Positions 21,113 through 32,638 of a DNA stretch of 64,000 bases are shown in pieces. Both the position numbers and the translations under genes were made by a program. The stretch covers positions 256,001 to 320,000 of the forward strand of contig CAWCBP010000014.1 of the NCBI GenBank assembly GCA_963793865.1, in the 5' to 3' direction. Position 1 is the first letter of the stretch. Each line of letters starts with the position of its first letter. The notes beneath the pieces are model-generated. The model saw only the letters and a program-made list of their open reading frames with translations, was not told where the DNA came from and did not search any database. The DNA comes from an uncultured delta proteobacterium. Its GTDB lineage: Bacteria > Desulfobacterota > WTBG01.

Positions 21113-22243
21113 ATGAATATGAAGAAATACGTGTTTCTTGCCATCGTGGGTCTTGTTATTATAGCCGGAGCCCTTACCGGAATCAAAGCGCTTCAGTTCA
21201 GCCGGATGGCTGACCAGGGAAAAAAGCCCCAGCCTGAAATCGTGACTACAGCCGTGGCGAATACGCAAGTATGGGAGTCCACACTTACCGCCGTAGGGTC
21301 GCTGGTTGCGGTGCAAGGGGTAATGATGGCCGCCGAAATGACCGGTAAGATGGTCAAGATTACATTTGAGCCGGGTTCAATGGTTAAGGCCGGGGACCTG
21401 CTGGTACAGCAGGACACGGCTGCCGAGGAGGCAGAGCTTCGCTCCGCTGAAGCCACCGTGGGGCTGACCAGGCTTACGTTCGAGCGAGCGCGCAGACTGC
21501 TTGCCGAAGGAACTTTTTCCCAGGCCGAATATGATAAAGCTGACGCTGAGTACAAACAGGCCCTTGCACAGATCGACAATATCCGGGCGGTTATTGCCAA
21601 GAAAACCATCCGGGCGCCGTTTGGCGGACTGCTTGGCATCCGTTTGGTCAATTTAGGCCAGATGTTGAGCCCCGCTGATGAGATCGTTTCGCTCCAGGCG
21701 CTCGATCCGATTTTTGCGAATTTTTCCCTTCCACAGCAGCAGTTCCCGCGCATCCGGCCGGGCCTTGCGGTACGGGTGGAAACGGATGCGCTCCCCGGTG
21801 AGATTATTAAGGGAAAAATCACCGCGATCAATCCCCAGGTGGAAACTGCCACGCGCAATATCATGGTGCAGGCAACAATTCCCAATGGTAATCAGCACCT
21901 CCGGCCCGGCATGTTCGTCAACGTGACCGTGTTGTTACCCGAACATGATACAACGCTGGTCATCCCGGCGACGGCGGTGCTTAATGCGCCTTACAGTGAC
22001 TCGGTGTTTATCGTTGAGAATGATGCAAGCGACAAGAAAAGTCCTCCGGGCACGGTTGTGCGCCAGCAGTTTGTGAAGCTCGGTGAGCGGCGCGGGGACT
22101 TCATTGCCGTCATTGCCGGGCTGAAGGAGGGCGAGACTGTGGTGAGCACCGGTGTGTTTAAGCTGCGCAACAGACAGGCCGTTTCTGTTGATAATACCCT
22201 GGCCCCGGCATTCAATCTTTCTCCCACACCGAAGGACACCTGA
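21113..22243 (+). CDS. RND efflux periplasmic adaptor subunit (MexH/MexV-like)
   Basis: N-terminal TM, G..VKAGDLLV, IRAPFGG and LRPGMF. Confidence 0.9.
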   Translation: MNMKKYVFLAIVGLVIIAGALTGIKALQFSRMADQGKKPQPEIVTTAVANTQVWESTLTAVGSLVAVQGVMMAAEMTGKMVKITFEPGSMVKAGDLLVQQDTAAEEAELRSAEATVGLTRLTFERARRLLAEGTFSQAEYDKADAEYKQALAQIDNIRAVIAKKTIRAPFGGLLGIRLVNLGQMLSPADEIVSLQALDPIFANFSLPQQQFPRIRPGLAVRVETDALPGEIIKGKITAINPQVETATRNIMVQATIPNGNQHLRPGMFVNVTVLLPEHDTTLVIPATAVLNAPYSDSVFIVENDASDKKSPPGTVVRQQFVKLGERRGDFIAVIAGLKEGETVVSTGVFKLRNRQAVSVDNTLAPAFNLSPTPKDT

Positions 22244-22299
22244 TCAACAGCGTACCTTAACTGATGTGACGTGAGCGTCTGCACCAATATTGACTAAAT

Positions 22300-25200
22300 A
22301 TGAAATTTACCGATCTTTTTATCCGCCGGCCGGTTCTCGCACTGGTCATCAATCTCATCATCATCATTGCCGGATTACAGGCGATCCGCTCGGTCAACGT
22401 CCGCCAGTTTCCCCGCAGCGAGAACTCGTCTGTCACTGTCACACGGTGTATGTGGGCGCAAGTGCGGAACTGGTGCGCGGATTCATCACCACGCCGCTGG
22501 AACGTGCCATTGCCGCCGCCGACGGCATTGACTACATGCAGTCGAAGAGCGCCCAGGGCCTCTCGACCATCACCGTCAGGCTGAAGCTCAATTACGATTC
22601 CATCAAGGCCCTTTCGGAAATAAGCTCCAAGGTCGACCAGGTGCGCCAGGACCTGCCGCCGGAGGCCGAGGTGCCGGTCATCAACGTCGAATCCGCCGAA
22701 AGCCAGTTTGCCGCCGCCTATCTCAGCTTCCAGTCGGACATTCTTGAGCAGAATCAGATCACCGACTATCTCATCCGCATCGTGCAGCCGCGCATTTCCG
22801 CCGTCGAAGGCATACAGCGTGCCGACATTCTCGGCGCCCGGACCTTTGCCATGCGCATCTGGCTGAAGCCCGAGCGCATGGCCGCCTTCAATTCAGCCCA
22901 TCCCAGGTGCGCCAGGCGCTGGCCGCCAACAATTATCTCACCGCCGTGGGGCAGACCAAGGGTTCGCTCGTCCAGGTCAACCTGACCGCAAACTCCGACC
23001 TGCGCTCGGTTGAGGAGTTCAAGCGGCTGGTCATCCGGGAGCAGGACGGCACCATCGTGCGGCTTGAAGACATCGGCGAGATTGCCCTGGGGGCCGAGGA
23101 TTATGATACAGAAGTGCGCATATCAGGTCAGACCGCTGTCTTTATGGGGATTTTTCCGCTGCCCAACGCCAACACCATCGACGTGATCAAGCGCGTGCGC
23201 ACAGAGATGGAGCTGATCGAAAAAGAATCTGCCCGGCGGTCTGGAGGCGCGTTTTGCCTACGATGCCACCGACTACATCAATAATGCCATCAGCGAGGTC
23301 CTGAAGACGCTGATCGACACCCTGATCATCGTCATGGTGGTCATATTTCTGTTTCTCGGCTCGCTGCGATCGGTCTTTATTCCCGTTGTGGCCATACCCC
23401 TGTCGCTGGTCGGTGCGGTGTTTCTGATGCAGCTGTTCGGCTTTACCATCAATCTGCTGACCCTTCTGGCCATTGTGCTCTCGGTGGGACTGGTGGTTGA
23501 TGACGCCATCGTGGTGGTGGAAAACATCGAGCGACATCTGAGCGAGGGGCAGTCCCCGTGCAGGCTGCCCTGCTGGGCGCGCGCGAACTGGTCGGGCCCG
23601 ATAATCGCCATGACCATAACCCTGGCGGCCGTGTATGTCCCCATCGGTTTGCAGGGCGGCCTGACCGGCTCCCTCTTCCGGGAGTTTGCCTTTACCCTGT
23701 CGGGGGCGGTTGCGATCTCCGGGGTTGTGGCGCTGACCCTTTCGCCGATGATGTCGTCCAAAATGCTCAAGCCGGGGATTGAGGAGCACGGGCTGGCCGA
23801 AAAGAATCGCCGATGATTTCAAACGTTTCAGGATGTTCTACGGCCGCCTGCTTGACATCACCCTCAACGCGCGGCCGGCCGTCTACGCGGTGTGGATCGT
23901 TGTGGGCCTGCTCGCCATCCCCATGTTCAGGATGTCTCCGGCGGAACTGGCGCCACTGGAGGATCAGGGGGCGATTTTCAGCATCATTGATGCGCCGGCC
24001 AATTCCTCGCTCGAACTCACCAGCCATTTCAGCCGAGCGGCGGATCAGATATTTCAGAGCGTTCCGGAAAAGGACTTCACCTTTCGAAATCACCTTTCCC
24101 ACCTCCGGATTCGGCGGCATCATCACCAAGCCCTGGGATGAGCGCGAGCGCACACCCTTTGAAATTCTGCCCGAAATGCAGCGAAAACTGCGTGCCATCT
24201 CCGGCATACGGGTGTTGCTGATAGCCCCTCCCGCATTGCCGGGCGGGGGCGAGTTCCCGGTAGAGTTTGTCATCGCGTCAACAGCCGAGCTTGACGAGGT
24301 TCTCTCGTTTGCCGAGCAGATCAAGCTGAAGGCCATGCAGGAGGGGATATTTGCCTTTCCGCCGCTCCTCGATGTCAAGATCGATCAGCCGCAGTCAGAG
24401 ATCGTTATTGACCGGGACAAGGTGGCTGTCCTCGGGCTCAATCTCCAGCAGGTGGGCGCTGACCTCTCATCGATGCTCAGCGGCAATTATGTGAACCGCT
24501 TCAACATTGCCGGGCGCAGCTACAAGGTCATTCCGCAGATCAAGCGGGTGGGCCGGCTTAATCCCGACCAGCTGCAGAATATTTACATTACCGGGCCTGA
24601 CGGCCAACTGGTGCAGCTCAGCACGGTTGCCGAGATCCGCAACTCAACGGTTCCCCGTTCGCTGAACCGTTTTCAGCAGCTCAATGCGGTCAAAATCAGC
24701 GGCGTAGCCATGCGCCCCCTCAACGAGGCACTGCGCTTCCTGGAAGAGGAGGCCGCGAAGATTCTGCCTCAGGGCTATGTGCTGGATTACACGGGCGAGT
24801 CACGCCAGCTCCGGACCGAAGGGTACAAGTTCCTTCCCGCCTTCGGGCTTGCCATGGTGCTCATCTTTCTTGTGCTGTCGGCCCAGTTTAACAGCTTTCG
24901 GGATCCCCTGGTCATTCTGGCCGGTTCGGTGCCGCTGGCGCTCTTCGGTGCGCTCATCTTTATGTTCCTGAAGATGCCCAGCCCGGACATACCCTTCTTT
25001 ACCGACGGCTGGACCACGACACTTAATATCTATTCCCAGGTGGGGCTGGTGACCCTCATCGGTCTGGTTTCAAGAAACGGCATCCTCATCGTTGAGTTCG
25101 CCAACAAGCTGCAGGAGCAGGGTCGCACCAAACGGGATGCCGTGCACGAAGCGGCTCTGAGCCGGCTGCGCCCCATTCTGATGATCAGCGCGGCAACCAT

Positions 25201-25384
25201 CGCCGGCCACTTTCCCCTCACCCTGGTAACCGGCGCCGGCGCGGAAGCCCGTAACTCCATCGGCCTGGTGCTCGTTGGCGGCATGGCCGTCGGCACCCTC
25301 TTTACCCTCTTTGTCATCCCCTCCATCTACATGCTCATCGCCCGCGACCGCTCCAAGGATCGCTCTCAGGAAGCAACCATATAA
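22300..25384 (+). CDS. RND efflux permease (AcrB/MexW/MexI family); frameshifted in this sequence
   Basis: MKFTDLFIRRPV start, AMRIWL.P, GLVVDDAIVVVENI, NGILIVEFAN and RLRPILM; at least 6 frame changes between 22440 and 24090. Confidence 0.9.
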
Positions 25385-25466
25385 ACTGGTTAAAACGAGG
25401 GTTTGAACTCGTTGCAAAAAAGCCTCCCGGCAATTCGACCGAGAGGCCAATATCCGCAAAATCCAA

Positions 25467-25506
25467 AGGAGCCTGCACTTTGAAATAGTGAGGCTCCTCA
25501 TTTTTT
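25467..25506 (+). terminator. Rho-independent terminator
   Basis: AGGAGCCT..AGGCTCCT stem followed by CATTTTTT, between convergent genes. Confidence 0.6.
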
Positions 25507-25541
25507 AATCCGCATTCCGCACTCCAAAATCCAAAATGGTT

Positions 25542-26333
25542 TTACTTAACCAGCCGCCGCTTCATTTTTGCGATGGCCAGGGGGAAGAAGATGATGCAGA
25601 AAATCAGCAGGAAGATTAAAGGCCAGAGCAGGCTTACATCGATGGATCCGAAGCAGAGGGATCTGGTTAGTGTCACCAGATGGGTGAGCGGTAAAATAGT
25701 AGAAATGATTTGAGCCCATTCCGGCAAATTATCCAGCGGGAAAAAGGTACCGCTGAAAAGAAACATGGGGGTGATGAACAGGAAGATGGGCAGGTTGAAG
25801 GTCTCAATGTTGGGTGTTATCCCGGTGAAAAACATGCCGACGGAGCCGAAGGCAATGCCCCCCAGAAATGCCAGGGGAAGAATGAAAAGTCCCTGGGGGT
25901 AGGAGATGAGCCCGAAAAAACTGATAATGACCATCATCAGCGCCGTCGAAAGCAGAGATTTTGTGGCACCCCAGACGATTTCCCCGGCGATAATCTCTTC
26001 CAGGAAAAGGGGGGTTGCCAGCATGGCGTCAAAGGTTTTCTGATGATACATCCTCACAAATGAGGCATAGGTATTCTCAAAAAAAGCATTGTACATTATG
26101 GTGACCGCTAACAGGGCGGGTGCGATAAAATTGATATAGGGCACGTTGTTTCCGCCATAGGGAATTTCTTCAATAAAGGCGCTCAGCCCATAACCAAAGG
26201 CAAGCAGGTAAAAGAGGGGTTCAAGCATCGGCGGGATGAAGCTTATCTTCCAGGTCTTCTGGTAGACAGTGAAGTTCCGCTGCCATACGCGGATAAAGCG
26301 CCTGGAAATGCGGGTGAATGATAGAGCGCTCAT
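25542..26333 (-). CDS. ABC-2 type permease (NodJ-like)
   Basis: EPLFYLLAFGYGL, FIAPALLA, ATPL..EI..GE and PMFLFSGTFFPL..LP.W. Confidence 0.88.
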   Translation of the reverse strand: MSALSFTRISRRFIRVWQRNFTVYQKTWKISFIPPMLEPLFYLLAFGYGLSAFIEEIPYGGNNVPYINFIAPALLAVTIMYNAFFENTYASFVRMYHQKTFDAMLATPLFLEEIIAGEIVWGATKSLLSTALMMVIISFFGLISYPQGLFILPLAFLGGIAFGSVGMFFTGITPNIETFNLPIFLFITPMFLFSGTFFPLDNLPEWAQIISTILPLTHLVTLTRSLCFGSIDVSLLWPLIFLLIFCIIFFPLAIAKMKRRLVK

Positions 26334-27241
26334 TCTCTTAAATCTCTCCCGGTTAATTTCAAGAAAACATCTTCAAGGGTTGCCGGACGCAGGACACAGC
26401 CCTCATTACAGAATTGAGTGCTGATGGTGTGAAACAGGGCCTCGCTCTCTTCATCGTAAATGATCAGACGGTGTTCCAGGACTTCATAGGTTTGAAAGTG
26501 CGACTGGACATAGTCAGTCAATGCTTTGCCGGGATCTGCAACTTCGATTATGTTGCGACCCACATGCTTTTTGATCAGATCCAGGGGTTTCCCCTCGACG
26601 AGTATATGCCCGTGATCCACGATGATCAGTCTGTCGCACAGGCGCGCGGCTTCATCCATGTAATGGGTGGTGAGCAGGATGGAAAGCCCGCTTGCTTTAA
26701 GCCGCTCCAGCCGTTCCCATACCTGGTGCCGCGACTGGGGATCAAGGCCGGTGGTGGGCTCATCCAGAATGAGCAGCTCGGGATCATTGATAAGCGCCCG
26801 GGCAATGACCAGCCGCCTCATCATTCCCCCCGACAGTTCGGTAACCATGGCATCCCGGCGATGGTCGAGGGCGATAAACTTGAGCTGCTTCTCCGTCTTT
26901 TCAGCTGCCATTTTTTTTGGCATGTCAAAATAGCGGGAAAAGACCATCAGGTTTTGTTCTACCGTCAAATCGGGATCGAGGCTGTTCTCCTGCTGGCAGA
27001 CCCCTATGCGGGATTTGATCTCCCGCAGTGACCGGGTTATATCAAGGCCGAAAACCCTGAGGCTGCCGCCGGTCATGGGAGAAAAGCCGTAAATCATGCG
27101 AACCGTTGATGTTTTTCCCGCGCCGTTCGGTCCCAGAATGCCGAAGCACTCTCCGCGCGGGACGTTAAAGGAGATGTCATCAACGGCAATGATGCTGCCG
27201 AACTCCTTCCTTAAATTTTTTGCCTCAATGACGTAATCCAT
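26330..27241 (-). CDS. ABC-2 type ATP-binding protein (NodI-like)
   Basis: GPNGAGKT, LSGGMMRR, LDEPTTGLDPQSR, TTHYMDEA and LEDVFLKLTGRDLRE. Confidence 0.92.
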   Translation of the reverse strand: MDYVIEAKNLRKEFGSIIAVDDISFNVPRGECFGILGPNGAGKTSTVRMIYGFSPMTGGSLRVFGLDITRSLREIKSRIGVCQQENSLDPDLTVEQNLMVFSRYFDMPKKMAAEKTEKQLKFIALDHRRDAMVTELSGGMMRRLVIARALINDPELLILDEPTTGLDPQSRHQVWERLERLKASGLSILLTTHYMDEAARLCDRLIIVDHGHILVEGKPLDLIKKHVGRNIIEVADPGKALTDYVQSHFQTYEVLEHRLIIYDEESEALFHTISTQFCNEGCVLRPATLEDVFLKLTGRDLRE

Positions 27242-27300
27242 GAGATAGTAGTAGTATTAAAATGCTCGATTAAGGATTGTTGGTTGCACCCGGTTGCCGC

Positions 27301-28729
27301 CTATTTGTTCTCCCACCCGCCCCCGAGCGCTTTATAAAGTGCCACCAGATCTGTGGAAAGGTTTCGGGTGCTCTGCACCAGGGCGTCCTCGGAATCAAAG
27401 AGCAGCCGCTGTGCTATGAGCACATTAAGAAAATCAGTCAGGCCTTCCGCATAGAGTTTGGTTGAAAGCTCAACTGCCCTGCGATTGGCCGTAACCGCAT
27501 CGACAAGTGCCGCCCGGCGCTCCTGCTCCTTGGCGTAGGCGATCAGGGCGTTTTCAACTTCCTGAAACGCGGTCAGGACGGTCTTTTCATAGGCGAGGAC
27601 CGTCTCTTCCTGCAGCCCCTTTTGCAATGCAATATTGGAGCGGATGCGGCCGGCATCGAAGACATTCCAGCTCACCGAGGGGGCGAAGGACCACACGTAA
27701 TTGGAGCGTTTCAGCCATTCGCCGCTTTCATCACCCTCAAAGCCTGCTGAGCCAACAAGGTTAAACTTCGGAAACAGGTCAGCGGTAGCCACCCCGATGC
27801 GGGCGGTGGCAGCTTGGATCTGTGCCTCGGCACGACGGATATCGGGCCGGCGGAGCAGCAAATCAGAGGGCAGCAGCATGGGGATGTCCGGCGGTGCCTC
27901 CGGGAAGAGAGGCGGGCGGGGACAGTTCCTCAAGCAGGGCGGAAGGCTCCAGCGCAAGCAGCACGCCGAGATTATAGATTGCCTGCTGCGCGGAGGTTTC
28001 GAACACGGGGATCTGGGAAGCGGTGGTTGCAACCTGGGCGGTGGCGTTGGCAACATCCAGAGCGCTTACCAGACCGACAGAAAAACGCTTGCGGGTAATC
28101 TCTGCGCTGTGCTGCTGTGCCGCCAGATTTTTTTGGGCTATGAGCACTTCCTGCTGAAATCCCCGAAGCTCAAGATAGTTGAGGGCCACTTCAGCCGCCA
28201 GGGTTACCAGGGTGTTGCGATAGTCCTCGATGGTAAACTGAATATCTGCATCCGCCGCTTCAATCTCACGCCGCACACCGCCAAAGATATCCAATTCCCA
28301 CGCGGCATCGAGGCCGGCAAGAAAAAGGTTGCTGGTGGTTGCGGATGTATCATCGAAAGCACTGCCGACAGAGCGCCGGCGGGTGAAGCTTGCCGTTGTA
28401 TCGGCAGCGGGCGCCAGGCCGGCGGCGACAATGCCGCGGGATGCCCGTGCCTGCCGGATACGCGACGCTGCCGCTTGCAGATCAAGGTTTGACGCGATTG
28501 CACGGTCAACCAGGGAAATCAGTGTTTCGTCGTCAAATGTCGTCCACCAGCGTACCAGCTCCGCCTGGTGTTCGGGTGTGAAGCTCATCTCCGAAGCCCT
28601 GCCAACCCAGCCGGAGGGGGGCTGCAGCTCCGGAGGCCGGTAATCGGGACCCACCGCGCACGCCGATGCCGTGAACAGGCACAGCCATGTCACTAATCGC
28701 CGAACACCACAATACCCCCGGCAGCACAT
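27301..28729 (-). CDS. Outer-membrane efflux lipoprotein (NodT/OprM family); one frameshift near 27900
   Basis: AAGGAG RBS; lipobox-like ASAC-AVGPDY; WWTTFDD; WELDIFG; LLRRPDIRRAE; LYKALGGGW. Confidence 0.9.
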
Positions 28730-28766
28730 GATATAAATCTCCTTACGGTCTGGCGGCTTCAAATCA

Positions 28767-30149
28767 TCATTCATAGCGGAGGGCTTCAATCGGGTCAAGC
28801 CGCGATGCCTTCCATGCCGGATAAAAGCCGAAGATGATGCCCACGCTCGCGGAAACGACGACCGATACAAGAATTGCGGCCAGCGAGGTTTCTGTCGGCC
28901 AGCGCAGTATGAGCGTTACCAGGTAAGAGCCGGTGCAGCCAACCAGGATGCCGACGGCCCCGCCTGCCAGGCACAGGGCAATGGCTTCCACCAGAAACTG
29001 AATCAGGATGTCCCGTCCTCTTCCGCCCACGGCCATGCGCAGGCCGATTTCCCTGGTGCGTTCGGTCACCGACACCAGCATGATGTTCATAATGCCCACG
29101 CCCCCGACAACCAGAGAGATCAGGGCCACGCTTAGGAGCAGGTTTGTCATCAAAAGCGACGTGGAGGCGAGCGTCCTGGTCATTTCGGTCATGTCGCGTA
29201 TGTTGAAATCGTCGGGCTGGTTAGGGAGGATCCGGTGCCGCTGCCGGAGCAGCCGGGTGATCTGCTCTATGGCCAGGGGAATTTCAGCATCGGACGCTGC
29301 GGAAACGAGTATAGAATCAACATTGGTGAAGCGCACGGGCAGCGGTGTGTCGGCCGCCTGTATGGCGGAAGGCTCGGGGTAGAGGACGGGCTTATCATTA
29401 GGATACAGCTTGCTCAGGGTGTTCACCGCTGACGATGAGTCCGAAGCTGAAGCGGCGCTGCTCTGATTGACATCAGCCAGCGACGAGCCGGTTACTCGAT
29501 ACTTGATGGTGGTCCAGGGGGCCAGGATAATGTCATCCTGATCCCTGCCCATCATGTTGGCACCCTTGGCGCTGAGCACCCCCAGCACGCGGAAGGACAC
29601 GTTGTTGATGCGCACCTCTTTGCCCACGGGCGACTCGCCGCCGAAGAGCTCCCGCACCACCGTCTGGCCGAGCACGCATACCTTGCTGGCGTTGCGCACG
29701 TCAAGATCGCTGAACATCTCGCCCATGGCCAGCTGGGTCCAGCCCCGCACGTCGAGGTAGGCAGGGGTCGTGCCGCTGATCTGCATGGGGACCCAGTTCC
29801 GGTTGCCGTAGATTACCTGGGTGCGGGCCCGCACCTCCGGGGCGACAGTGCGCACGGAGGTGCATTCCCGCGCTATTGCTTCACAATCTTCCGGTGAAAG
29901 GGTCATTTCGCTGCCGGCGCCGAAGCTTACGCCGCCGCTTGCGGCGGTACCGGGGCGTACCATGAGATTGTTTGCGCCCATATTCAAAATGCTGCGCTGG
30001 ATGGCAGTCGCGGAACCCTTGCCGATTTCGATCATGACAATGACCGAGGCCACGCCGATGATAATGCCCAGGGTTGTAAGGGTTGCGCGCATGGGGTTGC
30101 GGGAGAGAGCCCGAAGAGCGGTGCGCATTGTCTTCTTATGGGTCTTCAT
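28767..30149 (-). CDS. macB: MacB-family ABC permease with a Ser-rich periplasmic insertion
   Basis: LTTLGIIIGV, SLVVGGVGIMNIMLVSVTERTREIG and ASRLDPIEALRYE. Confidence 0.92.
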   Translation of the reverse strand: MKTHKKTMRTALRALSRNPMRATLTTLGIIIGVASVIVMIEIGKGSATAIQRSILNMGANNLMVRPGTAASGGVSFGAGSEMTLSPEDCEAIARECTSVRTVAPEVRARTQVIYGNRNWVPMQISGTTPAYLDVRGWTQLAMGEMFSDLDVRNASKVCVLGQTVVRELFGGESPVGKEVRINNVSFRVLGVLSAKGANMMGRDQDDIILAPWTTIKYRVTGSSLADVNQSSAASASDSSSAVNTLSKLYPNDKPVLYPEPSAIQAADTPLPVRFTNVDSILVSAASDAEIPLAIEQITRLLRQRHRILPNQPDDFNIRDMTEMTRTLASTSLLMTNLLLSVALISLVVGGVGIMNIMLVSVTERTREIGLRMAVGGRGRDILIQFLVEAIALCLAGGAVGILVGCTGSYLVTLILRWPTETSLAAILVSVVVSASVGIIFGFYPAWKASRLDPIEALRYE

Positions 30150-30164
30150 GTTACTGTGCCTCCC

Positions 30165-30896
30165 TTAGACCGGTGCGGTCATGATGCCAGCCGGATTCTG
30201 CATGCCCTGTGTCGGCTCACCGTCGGTAAGCACGCCGTCGCTTATGCCGATCACCCGCCCGGCATAACGGGCCACCTCCGGGTTATGCGTCACAATCAGT
30301 ATGGTAATGCCATCATCCCGGTTCAGCTCCTGGAAAAGGCGCATCATTTCCGCGCTGGTATGGGTGTCAAGATTTCCGGTCGGCTCGTCGGCCAGCAACA
30401 GGGAGGGCATGTTGATGAGTGCCCGCGCGATTGCCACCCGCTGCTGCTGTCCGCCTGACAGCTGGGATGGCTCGTGATGAAAACGGTCGGCCAGGCCGAC
30501 GCGTGTTAGCAGTGACACCGCTCTCTCCCGGGCTTCATGATCGGTGAGATCTTCAGAGGTGTAGCAGAGGGGAATCATCACGTTGTCCAGGGCGTTGGTG
30601 CGCGGCAGGAGGTTGAAATTCTGGAACACAAAGCCGATCTTGCGGTTTCTCAGGAAGGCCCGCTCATCGGCTGTCAGACCCGACACCTCCCTTCCTTCGA
30701 GAAAGTATTGTCCGGAGGTTGGATGGTCGAGACAGCCGAGAATATTCATGAGGGTGCTTTTCCCCGAGCCCGACGCGCCCATGAGCGCGACAAGCTCTCC
30801 CTGTTGGACTGATAGAGATATGCCCTTGAGTACCGGCACTTCCAGTTCCCCCAGGTGATAGCTTTTGTGGATATTCTGCAGTTCAATCAGGTCCAT
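30165..30896 (-). CDS. ABC transporter ATP-binding protein (MacB/LolD type)
   Basis: GASGSGKS, LSGGQQQRV and [10 protein letters not shown]; start taken at MDLIEL. Confidence 0.93.
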   Translation of the reverse strand: MDLIELQNIHKSYHLGELEVPVLKGISLSVQQGELVALMGASGSGKSTLMNILGCLDHPTSGQYFLEGREVSGLTADERAFLRNRKIGFVFQNFNLLPRTNALDNVMIPLCYTSEDLTDHEARERAVSLLTRVGLADRFHHEPSQLSGGQQQRVAIARALINMPSLLLADEPTGNLDTHTSAEMMRLFQELNRDDGITILIVTHNPEVARYAGRVIGISDGVLTDGEPTQGMQNPAGIMTAPV

Positions 30897-30953
30897 GATG
30901 AGGGTTGCCCTCCGCCAATGATAGCTGCTGTTGCAGCATAGCATCGGCTGTTG

Positions 30954-32305
30954 CTATTGGCTCTGGGGGCGATTGCTTCTCATGGTCTGCGGTGTAAATG
31001 GGCTCACCGTCTGGCTGTCAACCTGCTGCTGCTTTTTTCCAACAACGACTTCCAGCCCCTCTTTCAGATCCTCACTCCGCACCTCCGTCATGAAGCCGTC
31101 GGTCAGGCCGGTGCTGACGGTGATGGGATAGACGAGACCGCCATCCCGCACCCACACCGTGTCCTGATGATTTTTGGCCGGGTCCCGGCTTGATGATTGG
31201 CGGGCGTCTCTTTGGCTTGAGGTGCACTGATACCTCATGTGCCGCCGCCTCACGGTATTGCGGAACTACCTCATCAGGCAGGGGAGACCATCGCAGCGCG
31301 GCGTTCGGCACCAGCAGCACATTGGTCCGCCGGCCTATTTCAAACTGTACGTTTGCTGTGAGATACGGCAGAAGCCTGCCGCTGGAGTTGTCTGTGATTA
31401 CTTCCACGGTATAGGTAACCACATTCTGTGTCATGGAGGCATTGAGACGTATTTTCCCCACCTCGCCGTGGAATACCTCCCCGGGATAGGCATCAACGGT
31501 AAATCGTACCGGCTGGCCCGGGTGAATGGCGCCGATATCGGCCTCGTTGACAGATACCCAGACCTGCATGCGCTTGAGGTCCTTCGCGATCAGGAAAAGG
31601 CTCGGCGCGTTAAGGCTGGCAACGACGGTCTGCCCGATGTTCACCCTGCGATCGATGATGACACCGTTGACCGGTGACTTGATGGTGCAGTAGCCAAGGT
31701 TTCTTTGAGTCCGCTGCAGCGTTGCCTCTGCATGCGCGGCAGTTTTCCGGGCCTGCTGAATTGCCGCCTCGCCCACTGCCAGATTGGCTTTTGCCATCTC
31801 ATAAGCCGATCGGTACGCGTCATAACTTGCCTCTGACAGCGCATCAGAAGGTCCCAGCTTTTGGGCTCTTTCCCAGTCCCGTTCCGCCTGGTAGTGCTTG
31901 GCCTTCAGTTGCCCGAGGTCAGCCTCCGCACGCTTAACTCCTGCCTGTGCCTGCTGTAACTGGGCGTTTGCCATTGCCACATCCGCCGCGTATAATGAAT
32001 CGTCAATCTGAGCAAGAACCATTTCCGCTTCTACTACTGAACCATAATCGATGGGTTTACCCGTTTTGTCCCTGCCGAATGAAGAGATCTGACCGGCTAC
32101 CTGCGCACCCACGTCGATTACCTCTTCGGGTTCGACCGTACCCGTAGCACTTATAGTTGCGAGGAGCTCGCCCCGTTTAACCGGGGCGGTGCGATACAAA
32201 GATCCATTGCCGCTCCTGCCATTGTTCAATGACCCAGGTTAATCCAATTGCAGCCAGTACCGCTAAGGCAACCAGCGTAAAAAATTTCCTGCCATTAGAT
32301 TTCAT
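30954..32305 (-). CDS. macA: MacA-type periplasmic adaptor; frameshifts near 32230 and 31220
   Basis: N-terminal TM (MKSNGRKFFTLVALAVLAAIG) in an offset frame; VGAQVAGQI; IKSPVNG..GQTV; C-terminal STGLTDG..TEV in a third segment. Confidence 0.85.
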
Positions 32306-32638
32306 GTTCCATCCTGCTTATCGCTCTTGCTGTTGGTTATACATGCTGCCGGCACGTTTGAGGCGCCTCCGAAATGATCAATAGATATTCAAAGCATATT
32401 TCATCAGGGACACTATAGTCTATCACATCCCTGTTTGCTTTTTAACCCCTTTTACTGCATTTGCCGGGATTGGATAAAAAAATGGGCCGGTAGACTCTTT
32501 TTATTATACACCCGTGGGTTTATAGGAAATTGCGGGCATGGCAGTAACGGTCAAAACGTTCGCGCGACTTTTTTATTGTCCCGGCTGACGGTTTTTGCTA
32601 TAAAACGGGCCACTTTTATTCCGCCTCAAGGTTTTTAC

